Below are positions 56,305-64,000 of a stretch of DNA of 64,000 nucleotides, piece after piece (the stretch's first letter is position 1; every line of letters starts with the position of its first letter). The notes beneath the pieces were generated by a model, which was given only the letters and a program-made list of their open reading frames with translations, searched no databases and had not been told where the DNA came from. The position numbers were made by a program, and so were the translations under genes. This DNA comes from a virus, in IMG/VR virus record IMGVR_UViG_3300021963_000027, positions 96,001 to 160,000 of that record. One strand, written 5' to 3'.

Positions 56305-58511
56305 TATTCAATAAATTCTATGTTATTTACTTCCGAAGTTAAAGGTGAGAAGGATTTGCATGTTTCCGTTACAATCCTTTTCAATTCATTTTTGATATTA
56401 TCGGGGAGACTAATATTTTTAATCAAAATATCAACATGATTTGATTTGAAGGTTTGATTATTACAGACACTTTGCAACAATTCGATTTCATCTTCGCTAT
56501 TTCTTTGTCCAGATGGAATAGTGATAACCAGAGTGTCTATACTTTGCAACCCATTGGTGTATGGTAATATTAAAGATTCGTCGAAATCGATATATCTTGT
56601 ATATATTTTGAAATTTTTAATATGATCATTATCAACAAAGTCTCCGAAAAGTATTTTCTTGCCAAAAAATTGTGATTTATCAAAAGTGAACTCTTTGATA
56701 CTTGCACCATTCAGATTAAAATATCCTCGTCCATTAATAGCATCGATAGCAACTACCAACGTGTTAATTTTTAATTTTTTAAAGCTTGCAGTAGCATCAA
56801 AACCGATAATAGTTTCATTACTAGAATCATACAAATTCATCAGAAATGAAATATTACCATCATTCTTCTTATCAATATTCAATCCACCATTAATATTATT
56901 GCGTTTACTAGAAAACGACCAATTGGTATTATCACCACTGAAAGTGAAAAATATGGAAAAGACACCATCTGCATTTATATTTTCAAAATAATTTATTTCG
57001 TTGAAAAAATTAACATTTTCAATTTTACACACTGGAATCTCATCTGGAGAACTCACAGTAGGTAAAGAATTCAACCGTTCATATACAAATACATCATTTG
57101 GTTCAATGATAAAATCACTTTTTTTATCAAAAACCTGATAAGCTGATAAACTTTGTTTGGCGAGTTCATTTCCTGATACCAATTGTTCAATCAAATCAGT
57201 GTAAGTAACATTGAAAGTTGAATTAGTCGCCAATGCTGATGCCTTCTCAATGCGATCTGGGTAATAATATCTATCTACCCATACTTTATTATTACTCGAA
57301 GGCGAACCAGATAACCAAGTGCATAGGTAATTTTGTCCATCAGTGTATCCATTGGCATTATCCAATTTGTAAACCTTATCAGCATACAGAGGAGTTGTAT
57401 ATGAAAATGCTCCTGATTCTACAAATTTTGTATCATTTATGTTGATTTTTGTGAAAGGATTTAGATCGTTTGGAGCTTTAATCGTATTCATACCACTTTT
57501 AATGATATAAGGTTTATTGTAGAATACATAATTCAAAGACAAACTTTCGTCTTTCTCACTATCAATATCATTGAAAATCGATGTATACGATCTCATCTCT
57601 TTCATGTAGAAAGGAGAATTGTTTGAAGATATCAAAGTGTTTCCAGATGTGAAAATATCTTCTTGTGTCAATTGGTTTTTCAAAGTGATGATCTCAACAT
57701 CATCGTTTTCAGAATGCAATAGATAATTGTTAGATAAATCTTTTTCTATCAGATTATCTGGGATGATGTTACTCTCCTCATAACCAACCAATGTGAAATT
57801 CTCATTGTCACCAATATTATTATAGATTTTTTTGTCAATTTTGATATTATTCAAGGGAGCCAATATTTTATTGGCACTTGTAAACGGAACTAGAGTTAGA
57901 TTATTACCTTGTTTTGTGAGTATCTTACAAGATCCATCATTTCTGAATAGGCATAACGAGTTATTAGAGCTAGAGTAAATGTAATTGAAATCTATACCAG
58001 ACAATCCTAATTTTCTAGTATAAAAATTGACAGTGTTGTTAGAATCTTGCGTTAGATAGTATTTTTTATAATTGTAAATTTTGTAAATGTTACAAACATT
58101 TGAATCTTTCAGATCAATTATAAAATTGGTCGAATCTGATGTAATATCAAGGAAAGAATAATCTCCATAATAATCATATTTTGTATAAATACCAGATAAT
58201 GCCAATTGTTCCGTATCTTTTGGTTTGAATCCCAAATAAATCCCTCCAAATTTTAAAAATGTTAGAGATTTTTCCAATTTTATAACATTTTTATCATTGA
58301 GAGTTATGTCAGACAGCTTACGTTCATCAGTCAAATAGAAAATGCTGTAATTTTTATATTTGACATCTCTGATGTTGGAAAATGCGTTATAAAAATTGAA
58401 TTTATACCCTCCATCATAGTATCTTTCAAATTTATTGAGCGTGAAATTCTCATCATTGTATGAGAAATCACGAGCTTTACAGGATGATATTTGACTTATA
58501 AAGGTATCCAC
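56304..58511 (-). CDS. Putative virion structural protein, possible LamG-like C-terminus
   Basis: 735 aa; GTG start under a late motif. Confidence 0.6.
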   Translation of the reverse strand: MDTFISQISSCKARDFSYNDENFTLNKFERYYDGGYKFNFYNAFSNIRDVKYKNYSIFYLTDERKLSDITLNDKNVIKLEKSLTFLKFGGIYLGFKPKDTEQLALSGIYTKYDYYGDYSFLDITSDSTNFIIDLKDSNVCNIYKIYNYKKYYLTQDSNNTVNFYTRKLGLSGIDFNYIYSSSNNSLCLFRNDGSCKILTKQGNNLTLVPFTSANKILAPLNNIKIDKKIYNNIGDNENFTLVGYEESNIIPDNLIEKDLSNNYLLHSENDDVEIITLKNQLTQEDIFTSGNTLISSNNSPFYMKEMRSYTSIFNDIDSEKDESLSLNYVFYNKPYIIKSGMNTIKAPNDLNPFTKININDTKFVESGAFSYTTPLYADKVYKLDNANGYTDGQNYLCTWLSGSPSSNNKVWVDRYYYPDRIEKASALATNSTFNVTYTDLIEQLVSGNELAKQSLSAYQVFDKKSDFIIEPNDVFVYERLNSLPTVSSPDEIPVCKIENVNFFNEINYFENINADGVFSIFFTFSGDNTNWSFSSKRNNINGGLNIDKKNDGNISFLMNLYDSSNETIIGFDATASFKKLKINTLVVAIDAINGRGYFNLNGASIKEFTFDKSQFFGKKILFGDFVDNDHIKNFKIYTRYIDFDESLILPYTNGLQSIDTLVITIPSGQRNSEDEIELLQSVCNNQTFKSNHVDILIKNISLPDNIKNELKRIVTETCKSFSPLTSEVNNIEFIE

Positions 58512-58516
58512 ATTAG

Positions 58517-58522
58517 TATTTA
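58517..58522 (-). promoter_or_regulatory. Late promoter core TAAATA
   Basis: N5 to GTG(58511). Confidence 0.6.
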
Positions 58523-59008
58523 ATTGAATGGTGTTTCAAGCTCAATCAAATACCCACCATTTTTGGTCACAAATTGGTGTATTTTTTTATCAAATTTGCT
58601 GATGGTCTTTATCAACGTTAAATCTTCAATACTTTGCGAATAATTATAATTGATAACACTGATGGGAACGGTAAAAGTGGAGATATCACCATTACAATAG
58701 GATATGTAAACATTTGCCGATAGATTTTTACTCGTCGAAGAAACACTTGGGTAATAGACATGACTATGAGTAGTATTCAATACCTCCGAATACCTATTAA
58801 TCGGTGAAAAAATGTTTAACATGACATCATTTTCAAAAAAATCTTCAACATTATCACCCCAATTTATTTTCAAGAAACAAGGTAAAAATTTTTCCGAAAC
58901 ACCAGTCAAAACAACATTTAGTGTTGTTATATCATTCAACACCACCAAAGGCACTGTCGTTGTATTGGATGTGTTACTCGAAGATAAAGATAAATATGCA
59001 GTATTCAT
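58520..59008 (-). CDS. Putative structural protein, PKD-like
   Basis: KINWGD...HSHVY. Confidence 0.55.
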   Translation of the reverse strand: MNTAYLSLSSSNTSNTTTVPLVVLNDITTLNVVLTGVSEKFLPCFLKINWGDNVEDFFENDVMLNIFSPINRYSEVLNTTHSHVYYPSVSSTSKNLSANVYISYCNGDISTFTVPISVINYNYSQSIEDLTLIKTISKFDKKIHQFVTKNGGYLIELETPFN

Positions 59009-61536
59009 TTTTGATTGTATTGTGAAATATTTATTATTTCCAAAGGATTCATTTTGAAATCCATTTCACTCATAACAAATTCATTTAGAGCATTCTTAAT
59101 CAAGAATGATGTGGTGAACTTATCATTTTTCGGATTGTAAGCCAATGTTGGCGATTCAAATGTGGACATTGAGGGCGAATTCACCTTTATTGGAGATATT
59201 GAATAATCATCATATTCTGATAAAGTGTGTTTTTCAGTGTTGAATTCAAATATCGAAGGGCTTACAAGCACATAATCAACATTATTACTCGATAAGCTTC
59301 TAATAGTGGTGAAGTAAATGTTGCCATCTTTACTGTATCTATTTGAAATATTACCATTATGTTGGATTATATATGTCTGTTTGGTTGGAGTCAAAAATTC
59401 ACCATCTTCAAAAATCAATTTAGTGATAATTAAGTTGTTTTCCGTTTCAATTGTGAGAATATCAGAGATAATATCAAATCTCTTAACAGCACTTACCGAT
59501 TCAGTATACACTGACAATGGAAGAACACCCGTTAGATAACTCAATTCAGATTCAAAAGGTGAAATTTCCATTGTATATGAGTTTCTAACATACAATTTAC
59601 CATTCAAATTGAATCTGTTATAAAGATTTTGAACAGGTGCTGACGATAATACGTATTCACTCGATTTCAAAGTAGTATTATCGTAATAAATTTGAGATAT
59701 AGTTGGGGAAAAATCTGGATAATCACTACCAAACCAAGCACCATCAATCATAAATGTGCTTAATTCATTAGGAAACACATTTTGAGTCATGTTCGCTGTT
59801 ATAGTCGGAAATCTAGAATCATCCAAAGCTCTTCTCAATGGTGAGGAAGAATTAATACCACCTTCAATCAGTCTTGAGTAATAGAAATTACCACTCAATT
59901 CAAAAGAACTCAAATCAGACGATGCTGCGTCGATATACGGAGTATCACCGTCCATTATGAACAAACCTTCCAATGTTTGGAAATTTGGAAGATATTCATT
60001 CTCATAATAAAATTGATTATTACTGAAATCACCACCAAATATTTGATAATACAGATCGATGCTAGAAAAACCGTTGGTGAATGTGCTTAGTCCTGATCTA
60101 CTTGTGTAATCATATGTGGTATTATCAACCGTTGAATAATTGAAATTGAAGCCTTCTCCATAGAGATAGTCATAGAAAGTGTGACCATTTAATATCTGAT
60201 AATATACAGGGGCAGCTTCATAAGTAGAAATAGTTTTTGTGAAGCTATTATCATCTTTAAACAAACCGAATAAATTGTTGTAGATATCGCGTTTAGAATC
60301 TTGTAGATAACCGATATTTGGTAATCTATCAAGATATTTGTCGAAATTTGGTTCGATTTTTGATACGTATCCGTAATATTTGCTGTCATTTCTTTTACTC
60401 GATGGTAATATTTGCGATTTACCAGAAGTGAAATTTCTACGAACATAGTCATTATCATTGATAAACGTGACAATATCACCATTATCACCTCTTATAGACG
60501 GATCAGGGAAATAATAAATGGTATTCGGTTCCAGATTCTCAGTATTGAAAGAAAAGCTGAGTGTTTTCCCATCAATATTGATTATCGAGGTTTTATGAGG
60601 TCGAAAATATCCAATATCTTCTTTTGAAATTAAGATTTTTCTATCTGTCGATGCTGTAGTTGGGTAATCAACATTTAAAAAATTTTGTGACGGATCATCA
60701 GCCAATATAGCCAAACCAGATACAAAATTATTCACAGTTGAGCCAGTGGACAAGTAATAAAAATCACTACCAATGTATTTTTTAGTCAGTCTTCTTTTAT
60801 TGTCCAAAAGGTCATTTATTTCTTTGATACCTAATTCCGAACTAGACATACCAGAAAACACGTTTGAAATAATTTCTGAATTATTTTTCAAAAATATATC
60901 CAACCCATAATCTAGATCTTTATTATCATAAATCCTATCATTCGGAGTTTGGTTGAAATATAATGGATATGAATCATACAATTCATCAATATCAATATCA
61001 ATATTTTCTTTGATTTGTTGAATATCATAATAAATTTCACCATTAGAAACATTTTCCAAATAATTTATGATATTGTTTCTTATTTCTTGCACCAATAGAT
61101 TATTAGTGCCGAGTAACTTTTTCTTTACAACTTGATATTTTGCTTCTTCTCTCTTTTTATTGTAATAATTAGCAATCTCTATCAATTTTCGACTGTAGAA
61201 CGGTATTGCCAACTCTAAATCCAAAGGATCATTGAAATCCAATTGTGATAAGAATTTCTGCTCCTCTGTTGTGGAGTATTTTAAATTTATTTCTTTTATG
61301 AAATCTCTATATCTCTCGATAATAACCAAAGAATCTTCTGATTCCTTCACATTCTTCACCCTATTCCATCTTTTCAAGTATTGAATGTAAACATTTTGCA
61401 AGTTATCAACTGAATCTTCTGCTACTTTTATAAATTCTAAGAAAGAAAATGGTTGTGACGAATCCAAAGCATCGACAATATCGACATTTGGATTTGTGAT
61501 GGATTTGGGAAGTGTGATGTTTAATACGTTCTCCAT
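59005..61536 (-). CDS. Large putative baseplate/virion protein
   Basis: 843 aa; TAAATA-N6-ATG upstream. Confidence 0.6.
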   Translation of the reverse strand: MENVLNITLPKSITNPNVDIVDALDSSQPFSFLEFIKVAEDSVDNLQNVYIQYLKRWNRVKNVKESEDSLVIIERYRDFIKEINLKYSTTEEQKFLSQLDFNDPLDLELAIPFYSRKLIEIANYYNKKREEAKYQVVKKKLLGTNNLLVQEIRNNIINYLENVSNGEIYYDIQQIKENIDIDIDELYDSYPLYFNQTPNDRIYDNKDLDYGLDIFLKNNSEIISNVFSGMSSSELGIKEINDLLDNKRRLTKKYIGSDFYYLSTGSTVNNFVSGLAILADDPSQNFLNVDYPTTASTDRKILISKEDIGYFRPHKTSIINIDGKTLSFSFNTENLEPNTIYYFPDPSIRGDNGDIVTFINDNDYVRRNFTSGKSQILPSSKRNDSKYYGYVSKIEPNFDKYLDRLPNIGYLQDSKRDIYNNLFGLFKDDNSFTKTISTYEAAPVYYQILNGHTFYDYLYGEGFNFNYSTVDNTTYDYTSRSGLSTFTNGFSSIDLYYQIFGGDFSNNQFYYENEYLPNFQTLEGLFIMDGDTPYIDAASSDLSSFELSGNFYYSRLIEGGINSSSPLRRALDDSRFPTITANMTQNVFPNELSTFMIDGAWFGSDYPDFSPTISQIYYDNTTLKSSEYVLSSAPVQNLYNRFNLNGKLYVRNSYTMEISPFESELSYLTGVLPLSVYTESVSAVKRFDIISDILTIETENNLIITKLIFEDGEFLTPTKQTYIIQHNGNISNRYSKDGNIYFTTIRSLSSNNVDYVLVSPSIFEFNTEKHTLSEYDDYSISPIKVNSPSMSTFESPTLAYNPKNDKFTTSFLIKNALNEFVMSEMDFKMNPLEIINISQYNQK

Positions 61537-61541
61537 TTTTA

Positions 61542-63623
61542 TTATTTAACCAGAGATAATGATTGATAAAGTGTATCACGTAATACAATTCCCATTGTGA
61601 AGTCTTTGTAAGACGGTGTGGTGTATTCATTGAGAATATAATTACCGTTTTCATCCAAAATCGGGTCATTATCATTATCTCTAATGATGTTTTCCGTGGA
61701 TAACATGTCATATAACGTATTATCTTTGATTATGGTGTTATCATACAGAGTATTGTCGAAAGTATCGACATATTCGAAAAATAGATAATATTTTTCTATA
61801 TCTCCAAATTGGAAAGTATCAGGTAATACCAACGGCCATCCCCAATTTTGATTGTAGGATGATAATGCATAGACAGTATTTGTGGTATATTCAACAGGCT
61901 GCTCAGTATTCAATAGGGAATATTTATTACTGAATTTTTCGAGTGCTACAATAGGAGTTCCAGCAGATACCACATAAGTATTCGTGTTTATCTCATCTCC
62001 GAGATTGATACCGTATACACTCTTAGATGAATATCCTCTCAAATCGAAATTTTCTTTGAATTTGTTATTGATACCCAACAATTTATTGTTGCTGATGGAA
62101 AAAAGATCCAAAATTCTTTTAATTTTTTCTGGATAAGTGAAAGAATTGTCCTCAAACACATTATTCGATGCGTTCAGCATTTTCATTTGTGAAATTAATG
62201 GGAATATCTCGTTCCTATCAACATCTTGAATATTCTGAACAAAATTTGTTATTTTTTCGTATATCTTCTTACCGAGAGTGTCATAAGATGAAGTCAATGT
62301 TCCAAATATAGACCCAATAAATTCATCAAACAGCATACTATCATCCAAAAGAAATTCTTGGAATCGTAAATCCTTGAACATTTCAGTGGCATCGTAACTC
62401 TCATTCTTTTTCTCAATTGTTAAGAAATTCTGTGGATAAACATCAAATACAGATGTCTCACCATTCAAAGAGTATACACTACCTTGAACTGATGATACTG
62501 ATCCAGATACCGTGATTTTAACATCATTCATTTTGGTTGGTGATGTGAAACGTATGGTATTTCTCACTGCACCATTGAAAGAATCTTTAGCTGATATTGT
62601 ATAATATTGAGATGAAATAACATCGTCTGAAGATAATACCGTATATACTAAGTTTGAAGCAGAAAGAGGTTTAAAATTCTTAACTGTAAAGTGTTCTGAA
62701 TCTTTAACTTTAATAACAAAGGGAATATCGACGTTTGAAAACTTTTGAGAATCTATGTTGAACGAATCTTCCGCATAAAATTCACCATCCATACCATTTG
62801 AGGTAACACTGAAATTATCCACTTCATTATTTTGAATGATATTAGCAGATAGAGATACTTTCAAATTGTTGTCCCATATGTTATTGTTTCTTTTATCAAA
62901 GAAAAGATCGATTTGCAACTTATTGACACTATCGTCTTTAAAATAGACTTGCTTGTTACCTGATAAACCAACATAAAACGCTGATACATCTGTAGAATTA
63001 GTCAATGTAATACTATTATTTGATATCTTAGCATACACTGGAACTGTATCTATTTCAATTTTATCAATCTCGATATATTCATATTGTTTTTTTGTCTGAT
63101 TGTATATTTTTTCAAAAAAAGAATATGTGTTTCTTAAATGTCTGAACTTATCTGGAGTATCTTGGAAATAATACTCACTGCCACTTCCGCTTATTCTGTA
63201 GAATATGGTGGAAGGAGTAACATTACTTGGGTAAGTTGCTGAAGCAATTAAAGGACCTGAAATCTTTCCATTTTTCCATGTAATGTTATCATAATACGAT
63301 GCATCTTCAAAGTCTATTCTAAAGGTGTTTACCAAATAGTCTTTGATATCAACTGTTTTAATTGTATTTGATATAATAGCGTTTGAATAGCAATCGAAAA
63401 TTGTTAGATTGGTATCATATTTTCCAGGCTTATCGTAATATTTGTTAGCAGTTAATGATGTGGAATATGTCCCATCACCGAAATCCCACAAAACTCTAAT
63501 ATATACAAAATTATTAACATTTGGTATAAATTTTAATGGTGTTTCCTTTAGAGCATATGCACTAAGAACTTGTTCGTTTTTGTAATCAACGATTTTAAAA
63601 TCAAATTGTTGGTAATTACTCAT
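61542..63623 (-). CDS. Putative baseplate protein with PKD domain
   Basis: WDFGDGTYS...YYDKPGKYDTNLT. Confidence 0.65.
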   Translation of the reverse strand: MSNYQQFDFKIVDYKNEQVLSAYALKETPLKFIPNVNNFVYIRVLWDFGDGTYSTSLTANKYYDKPGKYDTNLTIFDCYSNAIISNTIKTVDIKDYLVNTFRIDFEDASYYDNITWKNGKISGPLIASATYPSNVTPSTIFYRISGSGSEYYFQDTPDKFRHLRNTYSFFEKIYNQTKKQYEYIEIDKIEIDTVPVYAKISNNSITLTNSTDVSAFYVGLSGNKQVYFKDDSVNKLQIDLFFDKRNNNIWDNNLKVSLSANIIQNNEVDNFSVTSNGMDGEFYAEDSFNIDSQKFSNVDIPFVIKVKDSEHFTVKNFKPLSASNLVYTVLSSDDVISSQYYTISAKDSFNGAVRNTIRFTSPTKMNDVKITVSGSVSSVQGSVYSLNGETSVFDVYPQNFLTIEKKNESYDATEMFKDLRFQEFLLDDSMLFDEFIGSIFGTLTSSYDTLGKKIYEKITNFVQNIQDVDRNEIFPLISQMKMLNASNNVFEDNSFTYPEKIKRILDLFSISNNKLLGINNKFKENFDLRGYSSKSVYGINLGDEINTNTYVVSAGTPIVALEKFSNKYSLLNTEQPVEYTTNTVYALSSYNQNWGWPLVLPDTFQFGDIEKYYLFFEYVDTFDNTLYDNTIIKDNTLYDMLSTENIIRDNDNDPILDENGNYILNEYTTPSYKDFTMGIVLRDTLYQSLSLVK

Positions 63624-63999
63624 TTACTATTGAAATTTTTTGATATATTGATTGAGGATTGAAGAAGTAAGGGAATTTGAAGAATGGTAATGTCGTCGTT
63701 TGATTGATAATAAGATCATCAACATCCTCATAAATAGGATTCCATGATACGAATGAAATACCATTGAAGATCTCATTACCATTTCTTGTTCTTATATTGG
63801 CGACTCCTTCCAAACTTAATATGTCCGATGTCAGCGATGAAATATCCAGCTTTTGCCCTAAGACATTTCTTGAACTATCGAAAAACGACAAGATGATATC
63901 GCCAACTTTCTTTTTCAAATTTTCAGGATTTGTTTTAGAATCGTTTCTACGAACAATTTCTAATTTACTCGTATCCAAGACGCTTTTGTTAGCGACACC
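63616..63999 (-). CDS. C-terminus of a baseplate wedge-like protein (partial)
   Basis: Frame open to the window end; LGQKLDISSLTSDILSLEGV resembles gp6-type C-termini. Confidence 0.5.
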   Translation of the reverse strand, partial: GVANKSVLDTSKLEIVRRNDSKTNPENLKKKVGDIILSFFDSSRNVLGQKLDISSLTSDILSLEGVANIRTRNGNEIFNGISFVSWNPIYEDVDDLIINQTTTLPFFKFPYFFNPQSIYQKISIVNE

Positions 64000-64000
64000 A

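Overview
A 64-kb, strongly AT-rich segment of a large dsDNA tailed phage with a divergent T4-like core; no tRNA, rRNA or CRISPR array was seen. Layout: (1) 1-15.9 kb, mostly minus strand: GroES-like co-chaperonin, gp62-like clamp-loader subunit, seven glycosyltransferases (including GT11 and GT6), a DNA methyltransferase, a Prs/HAD/Nampt NAD cluster, phoH and small putative head proteins. (2) A ~340-nt AT-rich divergence region. (3) 16.2-50.9 kb, mostly plus strand: replication, recombination and late-transcription genes (uvsY, uvsW, gp55, gp47, split gp46, split gp43, uvsX, gp41, gp32, gp45, gp61), two free-standing homing endonucleases, a second methyltransferase and a Mom-like enzyme. (4) 50.9-64 kb, minus strand: tail/baseplate-type genes ending in a mucin-like Thr/Pro protein followed directly by a polypeptide-HexNAc-transferase-like enzyme. 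Main observations: a candidate phage-encoded mucin-type O-glycosylation pathway with blood-group-type transferases; 18 TAAATA-type motifs exactly 5 nt before start codons, implying leaderless late mRNAs; gp43 and gp46 each split into two ORFs; and three stacked copies of the gp46 3' end. All product calls come from motif recognition by eye; no database searches were run.
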